A stretch of DNA of 38,420 nucleotides from a virus (lineage: Duplodnaviria; Caudoviricetes): positions 1-38,420 of IMG/VR virus record IMGVR_UViG_3300005326_000088; one strand, given 5' to 3'. Made by a program: the position numbers and the translations under genes. Numbering within the stretch: position 1 is the stretch's first letter; every line of letters begins with the position of its first letter. The notes under the pieces were generated by a model. The model worked only from the letters and a program-made list of their open reading frames with translations. It was not told the DNA's origin and made no database searches. Below, one piece after another: positions 9,526-19,984 of this stretch.

Positions 9526-10038
9526 ATGACTATTTTTGAGGACACGCGAAACCCTATAGCCAAACACAAGAACATTCACGACCACTGCGACGCAAATGGT
9601 ATCAAAATTGAGCGCACAAAGCTGTTCGCGGGGGATTACACCTTGCCTACAAATCAAACCATTTGCGTTGATACCAAAAAAGATTTGCAAGAGGTGTATA
9701 GCAACGTCATACAAGACCATGTGCGGTTCAAGGCTGAAATATTAAGGGCGACAGCTAATGGTATAAGGCTGATAATCCTCGTTGAGCAGGAGGGCATCAA
9801 ATCGCTCTCCGATGTGCCAAACTGGAAGAATCCGCGAGTGGCGCAATGGCACAAGATACATAACGCCCATAAAGCGGGAAAAATGATGAAAATTAAAATC
9901 AGCAGTTCACCGCCTGCGAACAGCCTAAAACTCGCAATGACCATGACCAGTATGGCAAACCGATATGGCGTCGAATGGCAATTCTGCGACAAGTCCGAAA
10001 CAGGCAAGCGGATTGTTGAAATACTTGGAGGTGGATAG
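9526..10038 (+). CDS. ERCC4-domain nuclease (putative junction resolvase)
   Basis: EDTR...L-x-AGDY...VDTKKDLQE. Confidence 0.8.
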   Translation: MTIFEDTRNPIAKHKNIHDHCDANGIKIERTKLFAGDYTLPTNQTICVDTKKDLQEVYSNVIQDHVRFKAEILRATANGIRLIILVEQEGIKSLSDVPNWKNPRVAQWHKIHNAHKAGKMMKIKISSSPPANSLKLAMTMTSMANRYGVEWQFCDKSETGKRIVEILGGG

Positions 10039-10039
10039 T

Positions 10040-10165
10040 ATGAATAATTATGCAAAACAACTGCGTAAATATGAAGCCTACAAAGCAAAGTTACGCAGAA
10101 CATGCAAAACATCAGTAGAGTATGAACAAAAAGTTAAGGCTATCACCAAAAAGAACAAAATCTAA
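10040..10165 (+). CDS. Small basic hypothetical protein
   Basis: GGAGGT RBS before ATG 10040. Confidence 0.6.
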   Translation: MNNYAKQLRKYEAYKAKLRRTCKTSVEYEQKVKAITKKNKI

Positions 10166-10184
10166 CGAAACGAGGTAGCCAAAA

Positions 10185-10667
10185 GTGGCAGAAACTAAAG
10201 ACGCATTTGTATGCTACCGAAGCTACATAGAAGCCATAAACCTTTTACCAGAGAATAAGCGGTGGTCATTCTTTGAAAAGATAATCGGATATGCCCTTGA
10301 TGATATTGAGCCGAGACTAACAGATAATGACTCCAAGCTTGCGTTTACGCTGATGAAAGCCAACCTTGACAGTTGCAATAAACGATACAAATCAAGCGTA
10401 GAAAACGGGAAAAAAGGTGGCAATCCCAACTTTCAAAAAGGAACTCCAAACCCATACCACAAAAAATTATGTAAATCAATAGATAACCCCAATGATAATG
10501 TAAATGTAAATGAAACATTATTAAGCGAGTCGGAGGGAGAGGGCGAAAACGCCCCTCCTCCTCCCGCAAACAAACAATTTCTAATGGGCGGCGAATGGTA
10601 CGAATATTTTATGCCCGAAGATGGCGATAGGGAGATGGTGAGAAAAATTGACCGACCTCCACAATGA
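10185..10667 (+). CDS. Phage replication initiator, DUF6291-type (unusually short)
   Basis: FVCYRSY...YAL...NGKKGGNP, then NDNVNVN linker; directly upstream of DnaB. Confidence 0.8.
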   Translation: MAETKDAFVCYRSYIEAINLLPENKRWSFFEKIIGYALDDIEPRLTDNDSKLAFTLMKANLDSCNKRYKSSVENGKKGGNPNFQKGTPNPYHKKLCKSIDNPNDNVNVNETLLSESEGEGENAPPPPANKQFLMGGEWYEYFMPEDGDREMVRKIDRPPQ

Positions 10668-11970
10668 AATATTTGTTATCGGCAGTTTACTCATATCGCC
10701 CGAAACGCTTGATATCGTATCAGCTTCGCTTACAACAAGCGACTTTGGGGACGAATGGTGCAAAGCGGCATATCTAGCGGCGGTTGAGCTGAACGATAAT
10801 GGAGAAAAAGTTGACATAGCCTCAATCAGCGAGTTAATGAGCAAAGCGGGCAAAAAGGATAATGCTGCATGGCTTATTAACTGTATGAACAACACAAGCA
10901 CCGCCGCTAATGTCGAGCTATATTGCAAGCTGACAAAGCAAGCCGCAAATAGGCGCAGACTTCTTGATATTGCGGGTCAGATCGGCGACAGCGTTGACGA
11001 TTGCGAAGATTGGCAAGCAATTGTTTCCAGAGCCGTTGAACAAATTGACGATATAAAAGACGCGGCAAACACCGACATTGTATCAAGCTCGGATATGGCA
11101 AGCGGTTGGCTAGAGTATTACGATAAAGTGTCGGTCAATCCAGACTTCGCTTTCTGTCGGACAGGCTTTAAAACGCTTGATTCAAAGTTAGGCGGCGGTA
11201 TGTTTCGCAAAGGCATGTATATCATCGGCGCACGTCCGGGCATGGGCAAAACAACACTTGGCGTTAACATAGCGGAAAACATTGCAAGACGCAATAAAAG
11301 TGTGTTGGTCATATCACTTGAAATGAGCCGTACTCAAATCATGGCAAAGCGCATGGCGAGAACGGGCAAATTGAGCTATAACAAGCTAATGGCAGGCGGT
11401 ATGACCGACACAGAGCGTGACAAAGCGTTAGAAACGGCGGCGGTGCTATCGGATAGACCGTTTAATCTGATTGACAAAAGCAAAATGACCGTTGCTGATA
11501 TAGGTAGAGCAGCAAGGCAAATCAAAGGGCTTGAAGCAATTGTTGTGGATTATCTTGGGTTAATAAAACCCGATGAAGTCAATTCTAATAAACCGCGCTA
11601 TGAGGAAATGACGGATATTTCAGCCAACTTAAAAGCTCTCGCAAAACTGTTGGGCATACCCATTGTTGTCCTCTGCCAGTTGAACAGAGAAAGCACCAAA
11701 AGCAAAGACAAGCGCCCACAATTGCAAGATTTGCGCGACACAGGCGCAATTGAGCAAGACGCTGACGCAGTTATATTACTACATAGACCAGAATACTATT
11801 CCGACAAAAACGCAAAGGATTACATTGAACCAGAGTTTGAACAAATCGAAATGATTGTTGCAAAGAACCGTCATGGCGAAACAGGATTAGCCGAAATGGT
11901 ATGGTGTGGCAAAACTGGCGATATATCAGAGTTGGATTTTACAAATAAAGATTTACCATTTGAAGATTAG
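10648..11970 (+). CDS. dnaB: Replicative DNA helicase DnaB-like
   Basis: GARPGMGKT, SLEM, VVDYL, QLNR, DLRDTGAIEQDAD, KNRHG. Confidence 0.95.
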   Translation: MTDLHNEIFVIGSLLISPETLDIVSASLTTSDFGDEWCKAAYLAAVELNDNGEKVDIASISELMSKAGKKDNAAWLINCMNNTSTAANVELYCKLTKQAANRRRLLDIAGQIGDSVDDCEDWQAIVSRAVEQIDDIKDAANTDIVSSSDMASGWLEYYDKVSVNPDFAFCRTGFKTLDSKLGGGMFRKGMYIIGARPGMGKTTLGVNIAENIARRNKSVLVISLEMSRTQIMAKRMARTGKLSYNKLMAGGMTDTERDKALETAAVLSDRPFNLIDKSKMTVADIGRAARQIKGLEAIVVDYLGLIKPDEVNSNKPRYEEMTDISANLKALAKLLGIPIVVLCQLNRESTKSKDKRPQLQDLRDTGAIEQDADAVILLHRPEYYSDKNAKDYIEPEFEQIEMIVAKNRHGETGLAEMVWCGKTGDISELDFTNKDLPFED

Positions 11971-11980
11971 GGGGGGCAAT

Positions 11981-12172
11981 ATGTCAACACACTGTTATAA
12001 GTGCAACCACAACTACAAAGATGGTGCTATTAGCATTTGCCCCCACGAAGCGGTACAAAAGCGATATGGCGAAACAATTTGTGTGCATTGTTGTTTGGGT
12101 TGCAAACATGTTGTGAGAACGCCAATGACAAGCATGATTAAATGCGGATATACAAAGGAGGAAAGCAAATGA
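11981..12172 (+). CDS. Cys-rich hypothetical protein
   Basis: Multiple CxxC. Confidence 0.6.
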   Translation: MSTHCYKCNHNYKDGAISICPHEAVQKRYGETICVHCCLGCKHVVRTPMTSMIKCGYTKEESK

Positions 12173-12423
12173 CAAAAACAAACGACATAACAAGCAAAGG
12201 TCAAAAAAGCGGTTGGAAAGACTTAGCGTTAGCAATCGTTGAAAAAGCTGTCACCGATTGGCGATACTTATGCAATGGCGGTGAAGAAGTTAAACACCTA
12301 ACCTTTGACGAACTGGAGCACTTTTTCAAAACCGATTGTGCAACATACGCAATGTTTCTGGACACAACCGCTGATGATATATGGCAGAAAATGAAAGACG
12401 AGCGAATGTTGGCGGGATTATAA
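12169..12423 (+). CDS. Hypothetical protein, last early gene
   Basis: LALAIVEKAVTDW...ELEHFF motif common at the end of Clostridia phage early operons. Confidence 0.7.
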   Translation: MTKTNDITSKGQKSGWKDLALAIVEKAVTDWRYLCNGGEEVKHLTFDELEHFFKTDCATYAMFLDTTADDIWQKMKDERMLAGL

Positions 12424-12432
12424 ATACATATT

Positions 12433-12470
12433 AAAAAGGGCGAGAGGTAATCCTCCCGCCTTTCTTTATT
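12433..12470. terminator. Bidirectional intrinsic terminator between convergent operons
   Basis: AAAAAGGGCGAGAGG-TAAT-CCTCCCGCCTTTCTTT. Confidence 0.75.
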
Positions 12471-12492
12471 TTGAACTTGTAAGTATTAGTTG

Positions 12493-12681
12493 CTAGTTCA
12501 CTTCTGGCAATCCCGCGATACTAGTCAATAGTGAAAGAATACCCGCCAAGAGCGACGCACTACCGACCACTACCCAATTGACTTCACTTACGAGTGCGGT
12601 TGTGCCGATTGTTGCGATTGCTGTCTGCGCCACTGTTTTGATTGCACGGACTGTCGCCGCCTTTAACCATGTTTTGTTCAC
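12493..12681 (-). CDS. Holin, r1t family
   Basis: WLKAA-x-VRAIKTVAQTA...SLLTSIAGLPEV. Confidence 0.9.
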   Translation of the reverse strand: MNKTWLKAATVRAIKTVAQTAIATIGTTALVSEVNWVVVGSASLLAGILSLLTSIAGLPEVN

Positions 12682-13844
12682 ACTTTTACCTCCGTTATAA
12701 TGGCTTGATAGCCTTTTTGTTTAAGCTCTGCCTGTAATGTTTCTGCGCTTGCCTTAACGGTAAATGCTCCGACTTGCACATGGTAGATTATGTTGCTAGT
12801 TGGTACCGTTTCAATTGCTGCCATTTTGTCGAATGGGAAATTCTTTCCGGGGCAAGCGGTTTTATTCAAGTCGCTGTGTCGTACGGTTTTTGCATCAGGA
12901 TATTTTGCGCGGAGATAAGTGAGAAGCTCTCGACCCGCTTTTAGCTGTGCGTCAGGCATTGTTTCAACCTCAAAATTACCCTCAAAGCAAATGCCGATAG
13001 AAGTTAGGTTAAACCCCTCTGTATGCCCTCCTGCGGCGTTTTCCTCTCGTCCGTGATAAACTGTGCCGTCTTGACGCACATAGAAGTTATACGCTATGCC
13101 ACGCCACTTATTTTTCAAATGCATAGCGTGTATCTGTTCGGGCGTAAACTTGCCTTTTGCTCCGACATGATGTAAAACAATCTTATCGGTTTTCGTGCGT
13201 AGCGTTGCGCTATATGCCCATTTATAATTAGGCTGTATGATATTCAATGTATCACTTCCCTTTTCTGTTGGCTTGTCTAGCCAAACGCAAACAAAATTGC
13301 TGACAATTCGAGTGCTTGTAATGTCCTCGTCAGGTGTATCAATCTGTGAGCTACCTCCACCGTCAAGGATAATGCCATTAATGCAACCGTAAGCAAACAG
13401 TTTGTCGCGTGTCTGTGATAGCGTGATTGGAGATTTGTCGTCCGTGCAAACAATAACCATCGAACCGTCTGCTTTGAACCCAAAAGCGGTACGACCTCTC
13501 GAACCGCCCATTCCGACTGCGTTATCGTTTAGTGGCTGTTTTTCGCCATTATGTATCACCCAAAGACACGACAAATAATTGTCAACCGCAAGCATGTCGT
13601 TACTGTTCATAACTTTTGGTAGCTCGTTGTCATTCCAGCCGTAGCCAAAATAACTCCATTGGTCATTGCTTAAGGTTTTACCGCCAACGCGAATATCGCA
13701 ACACGGAGAGTAATCGCTCCAATTGAACAACGAACCATTCATAACATAATCCGCGCCCGTTATAGCTTTGATTTGTGCCATAGACAACTTTTGCGTTCGG
13801 TTATCGAATATTGATATTTTTGCGGGTTTAATTGTCTTAACCGT
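12678..13844 (-). CDS. Endolysin: NAGPA-type glycosidase + Amidase_2 + SPOR-like domain
   Basis: RTAFG..LDGGGSSQ; IVLHH..IAYNF..GGHT..SIGICFEG..RH..TACPG; YHVQVGAF; start uncertain (ACG 13844, TTG 13787 or ATG 13781). Confidence 0.9.
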   Translation of the reverse strand, partial: TVKTIKPAKISIFDNRTQKLSMAQIKAITGADYVMNGSLFNWSDYSPCCDIRVGGKTLSNDQWSYFGYGWNDNELPKVMNSNDMLAVDNYLSCLWVIHNGEKQPLNDNAVGMGGSRGRTAFGFKADGSMVIVCTDDKSPITLSQTRDKLFAYGCINGIILDGGGSSQIDTPDEDITSTRIVSNFVCVWLDKPTEKGSDTLNIIQPNYKWAYSATLRTKTDKIVLHHVGAKGKFTPEQIHAMHLKNKWRGIAYNFYVRQDGTVYHGREENAAGGHTEGFNLTSIGICFEGNFEVETMPDAQLKAGRELLTYLRAKYPDAKTVRHSDLNKTACPGKNFPFDKMAAIETVPTSNIIYHVQVGAFTVKASAETLQAELKQKGYQAIITEVKV

Positions 13845-13849
13845 TTAAA

Positions 13850-14107
13850 TCACCCAACCTTTTCCTTTAGCACCGCAATATCAGTGTCGTGCTTGTTTAG
13901 CTTTTCGTCATGCTTTTCAACAACATCCCAAATTGCGATATGTTCCTCTGCGTTGCTTTTTTCGTTGCCTTTTATGCTGTCGGTTAAACCTTTTATTGCC
14001 ATCGTGTTCTCTGTCAGATTTGTGTTCCACGCAAGCAATGGTTTCACAAACGCGCTGACCAGTCCAACAAGAACCACAATTACGCCAACAACCGCCCATT
14101 CATTCAA
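13850..14107 (-). CDS. Single-TM coiled-coil lysis protein (holin/XhlA-like)
   Basis: N-terminal TM helix then coiled coil; directly upstream of endolysin. Confidence 0.65.
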   Translation of the reverse strand: MNEWAVVGVIVVLVGLVSAFVKPLLAWNTNLTENTMAIKGLTDSIKGNEKSNAEEHIAIWDVVEKHDEKLNKHDTDIAVLKEKVG

Positions 14108-14120
14108 ATTGGTTTCCTCC

Positions 14121-17100
14121 CTATCTGTTTTGAATTACCGCGCTCTTAGCGGCATCGAAAGCTTTGTCACGCAGTTTTTTTATTTGCTCTGCTGTGGTTA
14201 TATTCGTTACGCGGGAGTTAAAATAGTTTGCATAGGTATTTTTAAATGTTTTCTTTTCCTTGTCGGTCAGTTCATATTCTACGCTGTCCTTTGCGACCTT
14301 TGCAGGAACGCTCATGCTTATCATTTCGGAGTCTTTGTTGGTCAGGTAGAGCGATAACAAATGCTTTGAAGTAGTTAAATACGGCAACATTGAAGATTTG
14401 TCTTTGCTTGTGTAAAGTGTGCCGACAAGCTCAATTGCCTGTTTATCGGTATACCCTTGACTGCCAATGGTTTTAATTCGCTGATAGTCAGACACTTCTT
14501 TTTCGCCTTGCACGGGAGTTAATGCAGACATTGTTTTGTTGAGATTGTACGCCTGTCTTTGGGTAACTCCTGCGGCTTGATATTTTGCAATCTTTGCGCC
14601 AGCGTCTGCGGACGGAATATACATTTCTCCACGTGCTTCAACGGTTGACATTCTGGCGTTAGTTGTTGCATCGGAATATATGGATGAAACTGCCTTTGCC
14701 TTTTCAACATCGGTCATGTTCTTGTACTCTGCGCTTTTGGTGAGTTTGTCCAGTTCCTTGTATGTGTACTGTCCGCGTGTTTTCTGGAACTTCTCCCATT
14801 CTTGCGGGGTCATGGTGTACTCTGTACCGTTACCGCTGAATGATAGGCCACTTTTGCTTGTGTACTCGCTCCAATTTGGCAATACCGAAGAGTCATCGGT
14901 TGCTTTGTAAAGTCGCTGTACTTCGGAGTCGATTGCGGTTTTCTGCGTTTCTCCGATAAAGCCCGGCGATAATGTGCTTTCAAGAATGTTTGAAAGTTTA
15001 CCACCTTGATAGTTTGTGCTTTCCGTTCCACTTGCGCCGATTTTAGCAGGAAGTGTGTTGCTTAGTCCGGGGATTTTAGCTTTAACTTTGTTCCACGCCC
15101 TTTTGAATGGGTCGCTGTCGTATGTGTCTCTTGCAATGGGGTCAATTATCTTTGCTATCTGCTGAAACGCTGATGGCGTGAACGACGCTGGCAATCCAAC
15201 TAGCATTGACTCAAGCCCTTTTCCAATATCTGTTTTACCTCCAGAACTGCTACCAAACAACTCTGCCACGCCCTCCATATAGGATTGGTTAAACATTGTG
15301 TTGATACCAGCTTTTGCGCCGTTGGATAAGATTGCGAGGAGCGTATCTCCCGCATTGTCTGATTGCGATATGTCTGCTCCCAGTGAGAGTAACGCGCCAA
15401 CAACGGTTGACCAGTCGTAGGTATAGGACTTGTCACCAACGATGATTGAATATGGTTGCCATCCGGATATCTTCTTTTGATAGGTTAACGCTTCGTCTTC
15501 CTCTTTATCGTCACCGCCTGATATAAGTCCTGCTTGAGCGGCAAAGTACGCAAACGCAAGAATTCCTGTGCCTGTCATAGAGCGCGAGAGGGTATCAACA
15601 AATTGTTTCTGACTCCATGCGCTGTCTTTGATTGTTCCCGCCTTTTTGATTGCTCTGACGTACCCATAAGGTGAGTAATCTGCCAGTTTGTCGAATATGT
15701 TTGCGGGAGTCTGTGCGAACGGAATTGCAATGTCGCCAATAACTCCGAGAGAATCGCGTAATTGCATAGCTTTTTTCGCTAGTCCGCTGTTGTTTTGAAA
15801 CACTCGCTCAAGTGCGTAAACGTTTGCTTCTGCAATTGCATCGTCGCTTGTGTAATCTCTGCCAAGTCTTTTCAGTTCGTCAATACGTTTTGCCTTTGCG
15901 GCTTCATAGAATGGTCTATCGCCGACTTGCAAGAGTTTGTTTAATGCGCCCTCAAATGCTTTGCCGACTGTACTTTTTAATGCGGGAGTCTGTGGCATTT
16001 CGTGTTGCGTTGGGGAGGTATCGACTTTGTTTTTAATATCCTTACCCCATTCGGTTAAACCTTTTTTAGCACCGATGAATTCAGCTTTTGCCGTTGCAAT
16101 AGGATTGAAAGAAGTTGTGCGCCAATCAGTTTTCGCAATTTTGGTAGTCGCCATATCAACAAGCGTTCCGGGCGCGTCTTTTATATCCTCAAGCAATCCG
16201 AATATTACGTTACCACCCGCGTTTCGAGATATAAGCGTTTTGGGGTTGAGCAACATTGCAATTCTACGCACAGCAAGCACTTTTTCTTTTCCTGTGACTG
16301 GCATTTTGTCCACAACAACTCTTGCAGCTCTGTTCAAATAAACACGTTTTTGATAATCATTATCGGTTTCCTGTGCAAGCTTGTTCAGCTCATAAATTTT
16401 TTGAACGTCTGTGGCGGTTAGGGATGGTATACCATATTTTGCGCTAACCAAATCAACTATCGCGCTATCGTCGAACACGCCAGAATTTACAAACTCGTTA
16501 ACCCTCTGCGTCATAGTTTTTTGCTGTTTCGGAGTTGTCGGCTTCAATAGCTGTTCAATTTTCTTTTGTGCTCTAATGGCAAGCTCGTCGTAGAACTTGT
16601 CTGAAATAGCCTGTGCCGCGCTTTTGGCTTCGTCCGCGGTCAAATCGGTATCAGCTAGAATTTTGTTAGTAACATTGTCAAGCAACACCGCTTTGTCTTG
16701 CCAGTTCGACATAAGAATATCATTGTATTTCACGCCGTTTTCTTGCAAAGCTTTCCCAAGTGTAGCCCATGTGTTTATACCGTTTCCGGCTAGCCAATTG
16801 TTGAATATTTCGAGGGTTTCTGGGTCGTTTGAATACTTTTCGTTGATGTAGCTCTGCGCTCTCGAAATTGCCGCTTGATACTGTTCGGAATTTGCCCAAT
16901 AATTGCGGAGAGTGTTTGTTGAAAGGTTGGTTTTAATTTTGGTTGGAATTGCTTGTGGTGCGGAATTTTTAGTAATCCTAACGAGGTCTTTTAACATGGT
17001 TTGCATAGTGCTGTCTATTCTTGCGGTTTTGTTTTTGGAATTAGCGTCAATCTGTTTGGAGAGTTTTATCGACGTATCTCTAATCCACCATTCAACAGCT

Positions 17101-19076
17101 ACGTTCGCGGGGTCTGCGGCTCTTATAGACTCGTTTGCAGATTCTCTCATAGCTTTTTTGGTGGTATCTGAATCAGCCTTAATTTTACGACCTTTTTTTG
17201 TGTCAACTTCTTTGCTAAGTTCTTTCTTTTTCGTCAGCTTCTTCTCGGCTTCTGCAATGACTTGCTGTGCCTTGATGACTGCACCCTCTGGCGTTTTCTG
17301 AAAAGCCTTGAACGCTTCGATTGTTTGACCGCCAGTAGTTCCGCGCTTTTGAATAGCCTTAGTCCATTTGTTCAGCTCCGCATAATCTCCGCTTTTTTCA
17401 GCATCAGCAGATACTTTGTCAAGTATTTTCTTTGAAGTGTAAACATCTTCATCCGTCCATTGCTGTTTTGAATTCAAGTCTGCAACTTCGCCGTCAAAAT
17501 CAACATCGACTCTTTGCTGTGAAGCGGTTTCGTTTACGGCTTTACCTCGAACGTCATATTGATAATCTTCGGGTTTCATTTGCGCTCTTTGTTCATCCGT
17601 AATGGAGTCGGTTTTTTGGAATGTATTTGTGAACACTTTGGAAGTTTTTTGTTCGGGTACAAACGAATTGCTTGTTGCTCCAACGCTGTTTGGAAGTGTT
17701 GTTTTCGCTTCTGGCGCCGTTTGCTTCGCTTCTACTGCATTCTGCTCCAAAGTGGGTAACTTGACCAGATTAGGCGTAATGTTGTTTGTGATAGGTTGTG
17801 TGGCTTGCTGTGGTACATTCTGCGTGGGTTTTGCAAGGTTTGGTGTAATAGTATTTGGCTGTGTAGCGTTTGGCGTGTTTTGTGTATTTGAACCACCTAT
17901 ACCGCCCGCAAATCCACCAACAATTGCTCCAACAAGTCCGTCATATAGAATTTGTTCAGCGTTCCATGTTGCGTTGGGGTCATATGTAATCTTCTGATAA
18001 AGCGGAGAAAGCGTTGACTCCAACATTTCCTCTAGTCCCTCGCCAGCTCCTGCGGCAATTCCCGTTGCAACCTTATCGGAAATTACTCCGTTTTTAACCA
18101 GCTTGCTAATGACGCTAGATGTTGCTTTCTGTAGAACACCATCCAATGCGCCTTTGCCGTATGCTTTGGAGAGTACGCCGCCAACGTTTGCAAGTTTTCC
18201 AACAAGCCCCGCCGTTGCCGCTGTTAGTCCTCCGTATATGCCTTGCTCAAGCTCTGAACCGCCGCTGTTTTTGGCTTGTTTTGCCGCGCTACCAAACGAA
18301 CGAGCAACCATAGGAGCAATAGAGCCACCACCAGTTAATGCCGCAAGTCCAATATCGCCTGCCAGTTGCAGACCGCCTACACCTACATCAATTGCAGTTT
18401 TACCAAGTCCTGTTGCTCCACGTTTTGCTTCTGCTATATCCTGTGCTCCGCTATCCATTAGAGTGTCAGAAGCTTTGCCTAGTGCATCCTTTACAAACAA
18501 ATCGTTGTACTGCTTGATAGCCCATAAAGGCGTTGCAGGAACTTTACTCGCCCAGTCAAGAGCGTTAACGGTAGACCCCACAAAATCCTTTGTTGCGCCA
18601 GATACCGTCCCCGCAACCCTATCAAACGTGGTCGGGTTAGGTGAAACCATAGGTTTGATTTCGCCTTTTGATATTTTATTTGTGTAATCAATAATTTCCT
18701 TTGGAGTCATTGCTTTAGGCTGGTTAGCTTTGATTGCGGCTAATTCTTGTGCGGTTGGAGCCTTGGCAGTCAACTTGGTTTGCGGAGCCGTAGCAAGTCT
18801 GTTTTGAACATTTGCCATCAAGTCGCCTTTGACAACATCAGCTTTAGCGGGAGCGGCTAGCATTTTTTGAGTAAATCTGCCGTTTGCGTCTTTTGCTTTT
18901 TTTGCAGATATTTCGTCAACAACAGTACGCAAAGGTTTTATAGGCTTGCGCGATACACCGCTTGCGTTCATTATGTCTGCAAACTTGCCGCTTCCGCTAC
19001 TAGCCGATTGAGTTGCAAAATTTTCATTTGTGCTTTGACCCATGTTTTCGTTCATCAGGTCTGCAAATTTTTTCAT
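14121..19076 (-). CDS. Large internal virion/DNA-ejection protein (~1650 aa)
   Basis: Size, Gly/Ala-rich hydrophobic segments, PF-x2-TP-x-NI motif, position after tail genes; AAAGGAG RBS before ATG 19076. Confidence 0.75.
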   Translation of the reverse strand: MKKFADLMNENMGQSTNENFATQSASSGSGKFADIMNASGVSRKPIKPLRTVVDEISAKKAKDANGRFTQKMLAAPAKADVVKGDLMANVQNRLATAPQTKLTAKAPTAQELAAIKANQPKAMTPKEIIDYTNKISKGEIKPMVSPNPTTFDRVAGTVSGATKDFVGSTVNALDWASKVPATPLWAIKQYNDLFVKDALGKASDTLMDSGAQDIAEAKRGATGLGKTAIDVGVGGLQLAGDIGLAALTGGGSIAPMVARSFGSAAKQAKNSGGSELEQGIYGGLTAATAGLVGKLANVGGVLSKAYGKGALDGVLQKATSSVISKLVKNGVISDKVATGIAAGAGEGLEEMLESTLSPLYQKITYDPNATWNAEQILYDGLVGAIVGGFAGGIGGSNTQNTPNATQPNTITPNLAKPTQNVPQQATQPITNNITPNLVKLPTLEQNAVEAKQTAPEAKTTLPNSVGATSNSFVPEQKTSKVFTNTFQKTDSITDEQRAQMKPEDYQYDVRGKAVNETASQQRVDVDFDGEVADLNSKQQWTDEDVYTSKKILDKVSADAEKSGDYAELNKWTKAIQKRGTTGGQTIEAFKAFQKTPEGAVIKAQQVIAEAEKKLTKKKELSKEVDTKKGRKIKADSDTTKKAMRESANESIRAADPANVAVEWWIRDTSIKLSKQIDANSKNKTARIDSTMQTMLKDLVRITKNSAPQAIPTKIKTNLSTNTLRNYWANSEQYQAAISRAQSYINEKYSNDPETLEIFNNWLAGNGINTWATLGKALQENGVKYNDILMSNWQDKAVLLDNVTNKILADTDLTADEAKSAAQAISDKFYDELAIRAQKKIEQLLKPTTPKQQKTMTQRVNEFVNSGVFDDSAIVDLVSAKYGIPSLTATDVQKIYELNKLAQETDNDYQKRVYLNRAARVVVDKMPVTGKEKVLAVRRIAMLLNPKTLISRNAGGNVIFGLLEDIKDAPGTLVDMATTKIAKTDWRTTSFNPIATAKAEFIGAKKGLTEWGKDIKNKVDTSPTQHEMPQTPALKSTVGKAFEGALNKLLQVGDRPFYEAAKAKRIDELKRLGRDYTSDDAIAEANVYALERVFQNNSGLAKKAMQLRDSLGVIGDIAIPFAQTPANIFDKLADYSPYGYVRAIKKAGTIKDSAWSQKQFVDTLSRSMTGTGILAFAYFAAQAGLISGGDDKEEDEALTYQKKISGWQPYSIIVGDKSYTYDWSTVVGALLSLGADISQSDNAGDTLLAILSNGAKAGINTMFNQSYMEGVAELFGSSSGGKTDIGKGLESMLVGLPASFTPSAFQQIAKIIDPIARDTYDSDPFKRAWNKVKAKIPGLSNTLPAKIGASGTESTNYQGGKLSNILESTLSPGFIGETQKTAIDSEVQRLYKATDDSSVLPNWSEYTSKSGLSFSGNGTEYTMTPQEWEKFQKTRGQYTYKELDKLTKSAEYKNMTDVEKAKAVSSIYSDATTNARMSTVEARGEMYIPSADAGAKIAKYQAAGVTQRQAYNLNKTMSALTPVQGEKEVSDYQRIKTIGSQGYTDKQAIELVGTLYTSKDKSSMLPYLTTSKHLLSLYLTNKDSEMISMSVPAKVAKDSVEYELTDKEKKTFKNTYANYFNSRVTNITTAEQIKKLRDKAFDAAKSAVIQNR

Positions 19077-19094
19077 ATTGAACTCCTTTGGCAA

Positions 19095-19967
19095 TTATCG
19101 TGTTCGTCTAGCGTCAAGCACAGATTTGTATGCGGCATATTCTTCGGGGCTAATTCCACCAGAAGTATATTGCTTGTTTAACATTGTGGATATGGCAGCA
19201 AGGCTTTGACCACCACTGAGCCAGTTGTTAACGTTGGAGGTAGCTTCTGCCGTGCTTGTTGTGCCGCTCTCAACATCACCGTCGCCCCCACCTCTATAAC
19301 TTCCACCGCCAGCCGTTTTCGCTGCTTTCAACGCCGCCGCTTCTTGAGCTAACAGCTTCTCATTTCGCCAACCTTGCAATTTATCAGCTTGCCAATTGTT
19401 TGTTGGGTCATTGTCATTCCTAACCCTATTGATTTCAGCTTGATAATCCTGATAATGTGTCATTTGCGTATCGGCATATTCTTTCTTTTCGTTGCTCAAC
19501 GCATTTGCGGTATTTGTCCGATAATCGTTCAGAATGTTTGTTCTTGCGTTCTGTAACGCCATAGCTTGCGAAGTGTCAACGCCTGATAATGCGGTTGCTC
19601 TGTCAGAGTCAAGCCCCGCAAGCCTGTCCGATACAAACGATGAGCGAGCCATACCGCGTGAAAGTGCATCATTATTTGCGTTTATTTTCGCATTGTCGTA
19701 TGATTTGTTCAGGTTGGCTCTCTGTATGTCATATCCTGTGCCGAGCTGATTTTGAGCCATTATGCCAGCCGCATTGTTTAGTTCGCTGTCATTTGCATAT
19801 TTGCCGTATGCGGTCAAATCAGACGCTATTTTCTCTTCTTTAGACGATTGAGCCGCGTCAATTTGCGACTGTAGCGCCGCTTGTTTAGTGTAATCTGTTT
19901 CCAGTTCCTTTTGCTTTTTTAATGCGTCTTGCAATGCTTTATAATCGGTTGTTACGTTATACGCCAT
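19095..19967 (-). CDS. Putative ejection/pilot protein
   Basis: Helical Ala/Gln-rich with ALSRGMARSS motif; precedes large virion protein. Confidence 0.65.
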   Translation of the reverse strand: MAYNVTTDYKALQDALKKQKELETDYTKQAALQSQIDAAQSSKEEKIASDLTAYGKYANDSELNNAAGIMAQNQLGTGYDIQRANLNKSYDNAKINANNDALSRGMARSSFVSDRLAGLDSDRATALSGVDTSQAMALQNARTNILNDYRTNTANALSNEKKEYADTQMTHYQDYQAEINRVRNDNDPTNNWQADKLQGWRNEKLLAQEAAALKAAKTAGGGSYRGGGDGDVESGTTSTAEATSNVNNWLSGGQSLAAISTMLNKQYTSGGISPEEYAAYKSVLDARRTR

Positions 19968-19984
19968 ATTCAGCCCTCCTATCT

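Noticed and set aside
14121-19076. Tape measure protein
   Set aside because: No tail tube, sheath or chaperone genes; adaptor-nozzle-spike order indicates a podovirus ejection protein
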